Source of the DNA: a virus
DNA: 64,000 nt
Virus record (IMG/VR): IMGVR_UViG_3300043395_000996
Coordinates: 115,991 to 179,990 of that record
Strand: one strand, 5' to 3'
The notes below the pieces were generated by a model. It worked only from the letters and a program-made list of their open reading frames with translations. It did not search any database and was not told the origin of the DNA. Below, piece after piece: positions 1-9,036 of the stretch (positions are counted from its first letter, which is position 1; each line of letters begins with the position of its first letter). The position numbers were made by a program, and so were the translations under genes.

Positions 1-270
1 TTCAAAATGTGATTTTATAAATTTAACAATCAATCCGTTAGAACCCATTTCTATAATATAATCTTTTGCACTTATTGATTGAGTGTTTATTAATATTTTA
101 ACTCTATCTTGTATTTCTCTATATTCAATTTCTCTCAAAATATCATTGAATTTCCATCCTTTAGCTTCCCAAATTGAATGATTGGAATCATTTAAATTTT
201 TGGAAACTAATTGTACTTTTTTTGGACTTCTACTTATTTTTTGAGTGATATCTAATAAGGTTCTTTTCAT
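1..270 (-). CDS. Hypothetical protein downstream of the neck genes, truncated by the window edge
   Basis: Not in the ORF track. The ATG at 270 overlaps the TAA of the upstream gene (TAATG). The frame MKRTLLDITQKISRSPKK...VKFIKSHFE stays open to position 1. Confidence 0.7.
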   Translation of the reverse strand, partial: MKRTLLDITQKISRSPKKVQLVSKNLNDSNHSIWEAKGWKFNDILREIEYREIQDRVKILINTQSISAKDYIIEMGSNGLIVKFIKSHFE

Positions 271-1373
271 TATAAATCTATAAATTTACCAGTTATCGAA
301 ATTTCATCAGTTGGAGTTACATTAAATCCTAAATTAGCGGTAATAAAATTTATACCCAAAGAATTTGATGCCATTGTTACATTAAAATGCGTTGTATGAT
401 AATAACGTACACCATTTATGTAAACTCTAATATCATATGTTGTATCGGAAAGTACAATTCCACCCGTTACAATTGACATTAATGATGTTGGTGTTTTTAT
501 AGGTTTAATATTTGAAAATGTTATTGTGTTATTAATTGTAGGATTTTGTATCTTACTATTATTCAAAGATAAGAAATCTATCAAATCTTTATTATCGTAA
601 TATGGAGAAGTTGTTGTTAAAAATCCTTCCAATCTACCATTTGCTGTCATATCGGTTTCGGTGGTAACTACAACTTTTCTAGTGCTTATAGATTTTTTTG
701 TAGTAGATTCTCCATCGAATTTTTCTGGCAATAAATAAGCATTTACATTTAATGAAAATTCCACTCTATTAATTCTATTAGTTCCTTCTCCTACTTCGTT
801 TACTACATTGTAATCCGTTACTAAAGTTCTAAACTTAAATTTATCTTTTGAACCCCAATATTGCGATGTGAAATTTAATGCTTCAATTACTGCATTTAAT
901 TGTTCTGTATAATCTGTCCAAACCATACATTCATATGATATTTGAACATATTCCGGCATCATAATATTATATAATTCCAATTTTGGTTTTGTAGCTCCAC
1001 CAAATGCTGTAAATCTATCATATCTATTATCTTTTGAATACTTTGTTACTGTTGGATACGAAACATGTCTATTCAACATAGGCATAGTATCATCCTTTGC
1101 AATAGATGTTCTACGAATCATCATTAAAGGTAATTGAATTTTACCTTTTGCATCTCTAAAAACGCCATCTCTTCTGGCTCCTTTCCATCTTTCGGAATTA
1201 CCATATATAACCGGAATACTAACGGATTTACCATTATAATCTAATTTTGGTAAAACAGTTTCTTCCAAATATGTCATCATAGCATAATCTACATCAAAAA
1301 GAGATACACTCTTTTTAACATCCCCATCATTTGACTTTATTTGGGTGGCTCTATTTATTTTATTTGATGCCAT
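270..1373 (-). CDS. Tail terminator / sheath-stabiliser protein, T4 gp15-like, with C-terminal extension
   Basis: IPVIYGNSERW and QLPLMMIRRTSI resemble gp15 motifs; it follows the gp13- and gp14-like genes. Confidence 0.65.
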   Translation of the reverse strand: MASNKINRATQIKSNDGDVKKSVSLFDVDYAMMTYLEETVLPKLDYNGKSVSIPVIYGNSERWKGARRDGVFRDAKGKIQLPLMMIRRTSIAKDDTMPMLNRHVSYPTVTKYSKDNRYDRFTAFGGATKPKLELYNIMMPEYVQISYECMVWTDYTEQLNAVIEALNFTSQYWGSKDKFKFRTLVTDYNVVNEVGEGTNRINRVEFSLNVNAYLLPEKFDGESTTKKSISTRKVVVTTETDMTANGRLEGFLTTTSPYYDNKDLIDFLSLNNSKIQNPTINNTITFSNIKPIKTPTSLMSIVTGGIVLSDTTYDIRVYINGVRYYHTTHFNVTMASNSLGINFITANLGFNVTPTDEISITGKFIDL

Positions 1374-1375
1374 AA

Positions 1376-1843
1376 TTAATCTATTCTTTCTTCAATATTT
1401 AATTGTGATTTTGGGACCATAAATGTAGAACATACGATACTCCAAGTTTTTTCAGAATTAGCGCCCGGCATACCACCTACAAATTGAACTTCATTTGTAT
1501 TATCAATTTCATAGTATGATTCATCAAAGTGTATTACATCACCAATTTCGGGATAAATACCTCTTTCTCTACACAATTCTCTATCAAATTTAAATTCTAT
1601 GTTTTGATTAGTATCTGCACCAAATCCTTCGTAGTTTACACTTTCAGGCTCTTTATCAATTAATACATACAATTCAACACCGGGATACCAAGTTTTATTT
1701 AAAGATTCTCCATATATGTTTACTTTTGTTTCATTTACATTTATTTTAAACAAAACGCAAGTATTTTGGATGACTGTATCAACCAATTCTCTGGCAAAAC
1801 TTCTAAATAAATCTATATCTCTACCTACTAAAAACTTTGGCAT
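1376..1843 (-). CDS. Neck / head-closure protein, T4 gp14-like
   Basis: NIYGES and YPEIGDVIHF..YYEI motifs; lies between the gp13-like and gp15-like genes. Confidence 0.65.
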   Translation of the reverse strand: MPKFLVGRDIDLFRSFARELVDTVIQNTCVLFKINVNETKVNIYGESLNKTWYPGVELYVLIDKEPESVNYEGFGADTNQNIEFKFDRELCRERGIYPEIGDVIHFDESYYEIDNTNEVQFVGGMPGANSEKTWSIVCSTFMVPKSQLNIEERID

Positions 1844-1844
1844 A

Positions 1845-3035
1845 TTATCCTACATATATTTTTAAAGGAACTTTTCTTAACATTTCTTGGTGGTGAGTTG
1901 ATTCGTGTGCTTGCTTTTCAAACACATTTTTTCTACTCATTTCTTCCAAATTTTCTCTCAATTGAGTTACCAACGCATCTTTTTCAACCTGTGCTTCTGC
2001 TCTCAATGCTGCACCATCCAATGATACTTCGCCATCTGGAATTGGAACTGAATTATATTTTTCTCTAATTGCTCCCAATAATTCTTTTGAAAGAGCCAAT
2101 GTATATTTTCTAATCCATTGTTTTCCAACTTCATTTATGTTAGAATATTGGATAAAATTATATGGAATATCGGAATAGTCTGAAAGAGAATCAGGTTGAA
2201 TAGTTTGAGAATCATGCTCAAACTCATCTCTACTCATATATTCAAAATATATTTTTTGAGCAGTTCTAGCGGTTGGTATTGGGAATATTTCTAATTTGTT
2301 ATTTACAATACCAAAACTATATTGAGATTTACGGATGTTATCATTGAATTCAATTTCTTGCATTCTTAATACATCTTCGTAAATTGGCATTAATAAAAAT
2401 TGTGCAGCCGGAGAATATGAACCAAATCCCATTTCATCTAGTAAATTCAATGTACCCTGTCCACCAACGGAATACGGGTCAAAGAAACGTTGAATTGCAG
2501 GAGTTGCTTCATAAAATACCTTTGTTACATCAATTCGAGAACCGCTTGTAAATATATCTGTAAATGATGCAGATGTTTCTACATCAATTGCTTCAGTTAA
2601 TAAATCATATCTTTGTCTACCTATTTCAACATCTATGTATGCTTTCTTTATATCAACATTACCACCAACACCCGCTTGTGTTCCATATTGTTGAGCCATA
2701 CGAATAGCCGTAGGTAAGAACGAACCATCTACCAATGTTTGTGAAAAGTTTTGATTTGCACCTTTACGTTGGCCTCTTAAAACATCAACGTTGTTACGAA
2801 GATTGAATTGATTTACCTGTGCAGAATATTCAGATGTTGCTTCTTCGAAACAAGCCCAAATTTGTTCATTATCCAATTCTACGTTTACAATAGGGTATCC
2901 CAATCTTTTTGCTACCCAAACTGATGTTTTTGGTGCATCGGCTGTAAATTGAGAATCCGCATCATAAATACCAAATGGCGTAGATGAACCCGAAACGAAA
3001 GTACCTGAACCTGACCAATATGTGTTTACGGACAT
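1845..3035 (-). CDS. Neck / head-tail adaptor protein, T4 gp13-like
   Basis: RLGYPIVNVELDNEQIWACFEEA matches the gp13 N-terminal motif. The C-terminus WIRKYTLALSKELLGAIREKY..IP..EVSLDG is also typical. Confidence 0.8.
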   Translation of the reverse strand: MSVNTYWSGSGTFVSGSSTPFGIYDADSQFTADAPKTSVWVAKRLGYPIVNVELDNEQIWACFEEATSEYSAQVNQFNLRNNVDVLRGQRKGANQNFSQTLVDGSFLPTAIRMAQQYGTQAGVGGNVDIKKAYIDVEIGRQRYDLLTEAIDVETSASFTDIFTSGSRIDVTKVFYEATPAIQRFFDPYSVGGQGTLNLLDEMGFGSYSPAAQFLLMPIYEDVLRMQEIEFNDNIRKSQYSFGIVNNKLEIFPIPTARTAQKIYFEYMSRDEFEHDSQTIQPDSLSDYSDIPYNFIQYSNINEVGKQWIRKYTLALSKELLGAIREKYNSVPIPDGEVSLDGAALRAEAQVEKDALVTQLRENLEEMSRKNVFEKQAHESTHHQEMLRKVPLKIYVG

Positions 3036-3061
3036 AATACGATTTTTATAAGTTTATTTAC

Positions 3062-3070
3062 TATAAATAT
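3062..3070 (-). promoter_or_regulatory. Putative phage late promoter motif ATATTTATA
   Basis: Intergenic, 27 nt upstream of the gp13-like start; the motif recurs upstream of many genes. Confidence 0.55.
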
Positions 3071-3072
3071 AA

Positions 3073-3109
3073 AAATAAAAAAAGAGTGGATATTTCTACC
3101 CACTCTTTT
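3073..3109 (-). terminator. Intrinsic terminator after the major capsid gene
   Basis: Perfect 10-bp stem AAAAGAGTGG/CCACTCTTTT (3080-3089 / 3100-3109) followed by a U-rich tract on the minus strand. Confidence 0.8.
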
Positions 3110-3148
3110 ATTTTATAAAGTTTATTAACCTTATCTTTTACTCAAAGA

Positions 3149-4762
3149 TTAAAGAGTTTCTAAACCATCAACGATAATCTTACCGTAGAACTCTGGTCTT
3201 ACGATTTTCTTAGCGTATCTAGTCATCACACCTCTTCTTGGAGTGAAGTTGATTGGGTCATAAACTAAAGGAGTCATAATCAACGGAACATATGGAGCGT
3301 AAACAGCACCTGTTTCGAAGAAGTTAGAACCTTTGAAACCTAATAAGATTACGTTTTCAGTCATATAAGGATTCTTATAAACATCGTATCTATTAGAGAT
3401 TGAACCGATGTTAGTTACACCTGCTGCGAATTGCATTGCATCCTTACCAGGATTTGCAGAGAAACCATTCATTGATTCTAAAATAGTTGCTACGTTTGGA
3501 GATACAACGATGAAGTTTGCACCACCTCTCATAGTTAATTGGTGAATCTTGTTAGATATCTTTTGTAATTTGATACCTAAAGTTTGATACCAAGTGTTCT
3601 TTGTGTAAGCACCTGCTGCTACTGCAGTTGAATCAGCTGCGAAACCAGCACCTGTCCAATCGTATCCAACTCTTGCAGACCAGTATTCAGTAGAGAATGC
3701 GTTTTGCTGTAACATCTCTAAAATTTCTAAATCAATCTCTAAAGAGATGTATTCAGATAACATTTGAGTTAATTCAGCTTCTGCATCTACAGAGTGGTAT
3801 GCGTTTAAGTCTTGCGCTAATTCAGGAGTCCAAATTGCTTTCAACTTACGAGTCTTAGCCACGATAGGCTCAGATTTCAATTCTAATTCAACTTCTGGGA
3901 TAGGTAAGTCAGCACCTCTATCTTCGAAATCACCACGAGAAATATCAGTTGGTTGTTTGTGGTATGCTAAAGTAGCACCTACAGTACCAAAAATTGTGTT
4001 AGCTGCTGCTACTTTCGCAACGAAAGTTACGTTTGTACCTTCAACAGATGTAAATTCAGGATATAAAGTGAAACCTGAACCAGATTGTGCTAAATCAAAT
4101 GCTCTAGCACCATTGAAATCAGCATCATCAGGTAATGCTACAGTCAAAGTCTTAACTTTGTCAGCTGCAAATGCTGCAGAGAACGCTGAATCAACCAAGT
4201 TGTAGTTAATATCTGATAAAGATGCAGATGCAACAGTTGCGTTTTTAGCTACTGCTGAATCGTTGATTGTGTATCCGAAACGTCCTGCTCCGTATAATCC
4301 ACCTTCAGCTGCTTGAGTAGAACCCAATTTGTTACCAGCTGGAGATAAAGAATCTTTACCGAAAGTACCGCCGTTACCGAACATTGATGAATTTTGAGCT
4401 GGTCTACCTGTATCAGTGTCAGTACCATACTTGAAATCCATATAGAAAATAAGACCTGAAGGTAAGTTCATTGGTTGAACTGAAACGAATTCTTTCGCTG
4501 CAATTGAACCGAAGATTCTTCTTACCAATGGTAAAGCTACACCAGCCCACTCTTCAGAACCTGCTGAAGTACCTGTTCTTGTAGCCTCATCTAATAATTG
4601 CTTAGCTTGGTTTTCTAACATTACTGCCATACCATGCTTGTTTGTTTCAGACTTAACGCCTTCTAACAAACCTGTTTTTTCCCACTTTGCTTTCAAACCT
4701 CTAGTTTGCTCAAGCATTAATGACTGTGGGTTTTTTCCTGTCATAATTGATTTTAAATTCAT
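3149..4762 (-). CDS. gp23: Major capsid protein, T4 gp23 family
   Basis: LPLVRR, VSVQPMNLPSGLIF, VAKTRKLKAIWTPELAQDL, DAEAEL and FTPRRGVMTRYA are gp23-family motifs. Confidence 0.95.
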   Translation of the reverse strand: MNLKSIMTGKNPQSLMLEQTRGLKAKWEKTGLLEGVKSETNKHGMAVMLENQAKQLLDEATRTGTSAGSEEWAGVALPLVRRIFGSIAAKEFVSVQPMNLPSGLIFYMDFKYGTDTDTGRPAQNSSMFGNGGTFGKDSLSPAGNKLGSTQAAEGGLYGAGRFGYTINDSAVAKNATVASASLSDINYNLVDSAFSAAFAADKVKTLTVALPDDADFNGARAFDLAQSGSGFTLYPEFTSVEGTNVTFVAKVAAANTIFGTVGATLAYHKQPTDISRGDFEDRGADLPIPEVELELKSEPIVAKTRKLKAIWTPELAQDLNAYHSVDAEAELTQMLSEYISLEIDLEILEMLQQNAFSTEYWSARVGYDWTGAGFAADSTAVAAGAYTKNTWYQTLGIKLQKISNKIHQLTMRGGANFIVVSPNVATILESMNGFSANPGKDAMQFAAGVTNIGSISNRYDVYKNPYMTENVILLGFKGSNFFETGAVYAPYVPLIMTPLVYDPINFTPRRGVMTRYAKKIVRPEFYGKIIVDGLETL

Positions 4763-4793
4763 TTTTATTTTTTTTTAAATTTTTTTACAAAAA

Positions 4794-6032
4794 TTACTTA
4801 ATGATACCTGCTAATTTTCTAAATCTTTCAGAGAAATCTGCTGATTCTGCAATTACTTGCTTAGCTGCTTTTGGTGCAGTTGATTTAACTGCTTTAGAAG
4901 CGATTCCTTCAGAGATAGCTTTTTTAGCTGGTTTGTTATTTGAAGTATATTTGAAGTTCTCTGCTAATGTAGAGAATACCAATTTAACCTCTCTAACTGA
5001 TTTAGTTCTATCCAAAGTTTCAATCACTTTAACTTTTTGTTCGTTAGTCATGTTGTGTGCTCTGAATAATTTGTTTGCGAATAACAACTTAGCGTTCAAT
5101 AAGTTCACTTCGTTGATAGTCTTTTGTAATGATTTGATAGTTTTGTAAGCTTCTTCTAATTCAGCTTCTTTTTCTGATTCTTCAGCTTCGTCTACTTTCT
5201 CACCATCTTTCATATCAGCTTCCATTTCTCTTAAAATTTCTTCCAAGTCAACTTCATCTGATTCTTCTTCTTCGTTAGTTACAACAACTTTAGGTGTTTC
5301 ACCTTTATCAGTTCCAGCTTCAGAACCATCTGCTAAGTCTTCAGCGATTGCTGGTTGCTCTTCTGCAGGCATTTCTTCTTCTGAACCTTCTTCATCACCT
5401 AATTGTGCTTCTAACTCTCTGATGATAGCTTCTAAATCCATGTCATCTTCAGTTGATTCTTCTTCATCACCTGTTGGCATGTAATCTTCGCCTTCACCTT
5501 CTGATGCGAATGGGTCAGCTTCTGCTCCCATATCATCACCACCTTCTGCTGCATCTGCTGCGAAAGGATTTTCTTCTTCTGAACCTTCACCTTCTAATTC
5601 TGCCAATCTCGCTCTTAATTCTGCGATTTCTGCATCTTTAGAATCTGCTTCAGGTTCTGCTTCCATACCGAACTCATCTTCTTCGTTGATATCTGCTACT
5701 TTAGTGTAGTCAGTACCAGCTTGTTCTGGCTTACCACTATCTTTAGTTACACCTACTGATAAATCAGTATCCGCATCTAATGTTGGTGTTGCACCAGGAG
5801 TTTCGGCATATCCAGCTTCTACTTTAGAACCGATTCCTGTTGAATCCAATTCTTCATCAACTTGCTCCTCATCACCTTCCATTTCAGCTTCAGCTCTCAA
5901 CTTTTGAGTCAACATAGACTGAAGTCTTGGTGTAAAGGCTTCTTCAAGAGCAAGCTTTGCGTTAGCCAATGCAGTTTCTTTAACCGCTTTAGCATCTGCG
6001 ATTGCTTCTTTTAACAATTTTGAATTTGCCAT
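4794..6032 (-). CDS. Prohead core scaffolding protein (gp22-like)
   Basis: Very acidic, low-complexity protein directly upstream of the MCP, with helical termini (LLKEAIADAKAVKETALANAK; NEVNLLNAKLLFANKLF). Confidence 0.75.
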   Translation of the reverse strand: MANSKLLKEAIADAKAVKETALANAKLALEEAFTPRLQSMLTQKLRAEAEMEGDEEQVDEELDSTGIGSKVEAGYAETPGATPTLDADTDLSVGVTKDSGKPEQAGTDYTKVADINEEDEFGMEAEPEADSKDAEIAELRARLAELEGEGSEEENPFAADAAEGGDDMGAEADPFASEGEGEDYMPTGDEEESTEDDMDLEAIIRELEAQLGDEEGSEEEMPAEEQPAIAEDLADGSEAGTDKGETPKVVVTNEEEESDEVDLEEILREMEADMKDGEKVDEAEESEKEAELEEAYKTIKSLQKTINEVNLLNAKLLFANKLFRAHNMTNEQKVKVIETLDRTKSVREVKLVFSTLAENFKYTSNNKPAKKAISEGIASKAVKSTAPKAAKQVIAESADFSERFRKLAGIIK

Positions 6033-6183
6033 TTTTTTTTGATTTTTGTTCCTGTGAAGTTATTGTAATTGTGGAACTTCAATGATATTATATTGGTTGT
6101 TCGGTCACACCTTATAGAGAAGGGTATTCATTAACCAACTATGTTTTAATCAAAAAATCCCAAATTAGTTGGGATATTTGAAA
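6033..6183 (-). promoter_or_regulatory. Long, structured 5' leader of the scaffold/capsid operon
   Basis: 150-nt non-coding stretch with three stem-loops: 6157-6175 (7 bp plus U-tract), 6093-6138 and 6055-6081 (7 bp). Confidence 0.45.
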
Positions 6184-6191
6184 ATAAATAT
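6184..6191 (-). promoter_or_regulatory. Putative late promoter motif ATATTTAT
   Basis: Intergenic between the bS21 and scaffold genes. Confidence 0.45.
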
Positions 6192-6217
6192 ATAAATTTT
6201 TTAGAAAACTAAAGAAA

Positions 6218-6415
6218 TTAATTGTTTTTATCAAAAATTTTCTTAAATTTCTCTACTCTAGCTACTTTTAGCTTTTGTTTTCGTTTGGTAACTGATGGTT
6301 TTTCGAATTCTTTTCTATCTCTTAATGATTCGATTTGCTTAACACTTTTTACTTTACTTTTGTAAACTTTAAGTGCTCTATCTACATTTCCATCTTTTAC
6401 ATCAATGATTAACAT
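6218..6415 (-). CDS. rpsU: Phage-encoded ribosomal protein bS21
   Basis: MLIIDVKDGNVDRALKVYKSK...LRDRKEFEKPSVTKRKQ has the bS21 signatures (DRALK, FEKPS..R) and the typical length of 65 aa. Confidence 0.9.
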   Translation of the reverse strand: MLIIDVKDGNVDRALKVYKSKVKSVKQIESLRDRKEFEKPSVTKRKQKLKVARVEKFKKIFDKNN

Positions 6416-6421
6416 AACGTA

Positions 6422-6793
6422 TTATTGGTGGTTTACTAATTTATATTTTGTAGAATATAATAATTCTTCAATATTATCAATTTGATTTTGTAAATAAGAT
6501 GCTTGTAATTTTTCATCTTTTCTTAACTTATCTAATGCTACACATAATTTTTCAAAATAAGAAATTATGTTTTTAATATCGTTATTTGTATCCAATCCAC
6601 TTACAGGTTGTAATTTAATCAAACCATATTTACCCTGATAAGATTCTACTAAACCATCTATGATACCACCAATTGAATCATAGTATTCACCTAATGCTTC
6701 ATGTGCTGAATGCGCTCCAATTCCTTTAACTCCTAAATGAAAAGCGTGCGCTTGAGTTCTACTATGTAAAAATAATGATGCTAATTGTTCCAT
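6422..6793 (-). CDS. Ferritin/Dps-like protein (DUF5856-like)
   Basis: HSRTQAHAFH...HEALGEYYD...DGLVESYQG four-helix metal-ligand pattern. Start moved to ATG 6793 (MEQLASL) because the ORF-track start overlaps the upstream gene. Confidence 0.6.
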   Translation of the reverse strand: MEQLASLFLHSRTQAHAFHLGVKGIGAHSAHEALGEYYDSIGGIIDGLVESYQGKYGLIKLQPVSGLDTNNDIKNIISYFEKLCVALDKLRKDEKLQASYLQNQIDNIEELLYSTKYKLVNHQ

Positions 6794-6798
6794 TTTAA

Positions 6799-7236
6799 TT
6801 ATTTTAATTTTTCGCAAGTTTTACATTCTTGTAATCCTAATCTTTGTTTCATTACATCTTCAGTTACTTCAGCTATTTCAAAGTATCTATTTAATACATG
6901 CCCCATATCTTCATAAAGAGCTTCTAATCTTTGTTCTTGTGCTTTAGCTTCTAAAGATTCTTTTTGGAATTTTTCATGCAATGCTTTCAATTCTTTCATA
7001 TTACGTTTAATAGTTACTCTATCAAACCAATCACCACCTTCTCTTAAAGTATATTCTTGTGCAGCATCTGCAATACCACCCAATGTTTCGGCAATATTTC
7101 TGATATCGGATTTTCTATTCATTTGCTCTCTAAATTGACCAAATGTAGAAATTATTTCCAAAAAATGTTTCTTAATATCAGTAGGTAATTGCTGATATGC
7201 TTCCTCTTCTTTAAGTAAATCTTTTAAACGTATCAT
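6799..7236 (-). CDS. Hypothetical head-cluster protein
   Basis: Helical 145-aa ORF with N-terminal MIRLKDLLKEEE. Confidence 0.6.
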   Translation of the reverse strand: MIRLKDLLKEEEAYQQLPTDIKKHFLEIISTFGQFREQMNRKSDIRNIAETLGGIADAAQEYTLREGGDWFDRVTIKRNMKELKALHEKFQKESLEAKAQEQRLEALYEDMGHVLNRYFEIAEVTEDVMKQRLGLQECKTCEKLK

Positions 7237-7242
7237 ATTATA

Positions 7243-7506
7243 TTATTTATGAGCGATTTTATATTTTTTCAATCTTTGAACCGCTTGTTGTAAATCTTGC
7301 GGAGTCATACCCAATGCATCTACTAATTTAGCCATTACCAATTGTTCTTTTCTTTTTGGTAAATTATATCCCTTAATTACTTCCAATGCTCTATCCAAAA
7401 ATTTTTCAACTTTTGCAGGAATTGTTACATCCATATCCTCCAAATCTTCGTTGATTTTAGCTACTGGCTCATAAGTGTTTACTGGCATTAAGTTTACTAA
7501 TTTCAT
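7243..7506 (-). CDS. Hypothetical head-cluster protein
   Basis: 87-aa ORF in the operon with N-terminal MKLVNLMP..KINED. Confidence 0.6.
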   Translation of the reverse strand: MKLVNLMPVNTYEPVAKINEDLEDMDVTIPAKVEKFLDRALEVIKGYNLPKRKEQLVMAKLVDALGMTPQDLQQAVQRLKKYKIAHK

Positions 7507-7513
7507 ATTTTTA

Positions 7514-8104
7514 TTAGTTTAATTCAATTATAATTTCTCTCATCAAGTCTTGTGCTTTGCAGAATTTTCCACATTCTTCTGCAACTTTAGCCCATTGTTT
7601 TGATTCGTTCATTGGTGCCATAAATGCTCCATGTGTAGATGGATTGGAAACAAAATCCCATCCAACTAATTCAAAATCTTCCTGAACCATTACAGTACCA
7701 TCGGAAAGTTCTTTTACTGAACCCAATCCTCTCGATGAAATCCCTAAACGAATGTTGTTTTTTAATAATTCTTTTAAGATGTTACCAGATGGAGTTGAAA
7801 GAATTTCCACTACACCAACTACGTCATCCCCATCCCATCCAATTTCTCTGATGTTATGTGATACGTTTTTTAAGTTGATTACGGGAGAATCTGGATGGTC
7901 TAATTCACCCAATGCTCTTCTTTCTTTAATAAGTTGCTCATACTTCTTACACTCTCTTTCCAAAATTTCTTTTGGATATCTTCTGTGGTTTTGATTTGGA
8001 GCACCAGCTCTTTGAAGAATACCCTTAACTAAATAAGTTCCGTTTTCTTCTTGCTGAAGTTTTGCTTCAAACAAATGAGTTTCTATTAATAATCCCTTAT
8101 TCAT
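7514..8104 (-). CDS. gp21: Prohead core protease, T4 gp21 family
   Basis: NQNHRRYP, ALGELDHP, NVSH, LGISSRGLGS and DFVSNPS are gp21/U9-family motifs. Confidence 0.92.
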   Translation of the reverse strand: MNKGLLIETHLFEAKLQQEENGTYLVKGILQRAGAPNQNHRRYPKEILERECKKYEQLIKERRALGELDHPDSPVINLKNVSHNIREIGWDGDDVVGVVEILSTPSGNILKELLKNNIRLGISSRGLGSVKELSDGTVMVQEDFELVGWDFVSNPSTHGAFMAPMNESKQWAKVAEECGKFCKAQDLMREIIIELN

Positions 8105-8434
8105 CTATTTCAAATCTTTTTTTACTTTTTCTATCACTTTACCACTATGCTGTGACCAAGTTTTTAAGAAAATGGTTTTTAATTCATTTTCTAATTCCGT
8201 TTCAGTTACCTCACCATTTGTACTATCAGAACCTTTGGTTATTTGAGTTTGTACATATGGTAATTTAACCATTTTAGATGCTATTGAATCATCGATACCT
8301 TTTTTGTTATCTAATAATTTAACAACATCATCTATAAATTTTTTATTAGATTCCAATGAACCCAATATTTTTTCTAAAACTTTCTTTGTTTCTTTTTTAT
8401 TACCCATTAAATAGTTTATTCCGTTTCCAGCCAA
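8105..8434 (-). CDS. Hypothetical protein; probably the C-terminal part of a frameshifted fusion with 8515..9036
   Basis: Starts at TTG, but the frame is open upstream to ~8535 through a hydrophobic segment and an 11-A run. Confidence 0.5.
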   Translation of the reverse strand: MAGNGINYLMGNKKETKKVLEKILGSLESNKKFIDDVVKLLDNKKGIDDSIASKMVKLPYVQTQITKGSDSTNGEVTETELENELKTIFLKTWSQHSGKVIEKVKKDLK

Positions 8435-8514
8435 TTCTATTAAGTAATAAAAAATAACTTTAGCAATTAAAATAGTACCAACAGTTGCTACTATATCAAA
8501 TGCTAAATCCTCAT

Positions 8515-9036
8515 TTATTTTTTTTTTTGAGATATTCTATTGAATACCTCTTTTAATCTCAATTTATCCGATATATCACTTATTTCGTTATAATCGGTTT
8601 CTTTAATTCCTCTTTCAATTTCTCTTCTACTGGCATTTGGGTCTGCACATACAGCTACTCCAATTTTTTTTCTACCATAATCACCGGCCATATCATACAT
8701 AGCCATAATTGCTTTGAAATGCCAATCGTTTGTTCCTACTTCGTTTGTAGCTCTTAATGCTTTTAAATCAGAACCCTCAATCTCTCCATCCTTATCTACA
8801 TCTAATTTCTTTTGCCCTGCTGTTAATTCAGCTTCATTGTATCCTCTTAATTTACCTTCGGATTTTGCTTTGTAAGCAGTATCTACCGCATTAAAGAATT
8901 TTTTCTTATCATCATCTGACATAGAAGTTATAGATTTACCACTTTTATCCAACATATGTTTAAATAATTGCTGATAATCTTGTTCTTCCCTAACAGTTTG
9001 CTTTACAAACTCTTTTAAATTTTTGGATACTTTCAT
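8515..9036 (-). CDS. Hypothetical head-cluster protein with an EF-hand-like loop
   Basis: DVDKDGEIEGSD matches the canonical 12-residue EF-hand loop; the ORF ends in an 11-A run. Confidence 0.6.
   Translation of the reverse strand: MKVSKNLKEFVKQTVREEQDYQQLFKHMLDKSGKSITSMSDDDKKKFFNAVDTAYKAKSEGKLRGYNEAELTAGQKKLDVDKDGEIEGSDLKALRATNEVGTNDWHFKAIMAMYDMAGDYGRKKIGVAVCADPNASRREIERGIKETDYNEISDISDKLRLKEVFNRISQKKK

Noticed and set aside
3062-3070. Canonical T4 late promoter TATAAATA
   Set aside because: TATAAATA appears on the template strand relative to the downstream genes; the coding-strand motif is its reverse complement.
6218-6415. bS21 as evidence of host chromosomal contamination or a chimeric assembly
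   Set aside because: It is co-oriented and tightly packed within the capsid/protease operon with similar base composition, an arrangement already known for phage bS21.
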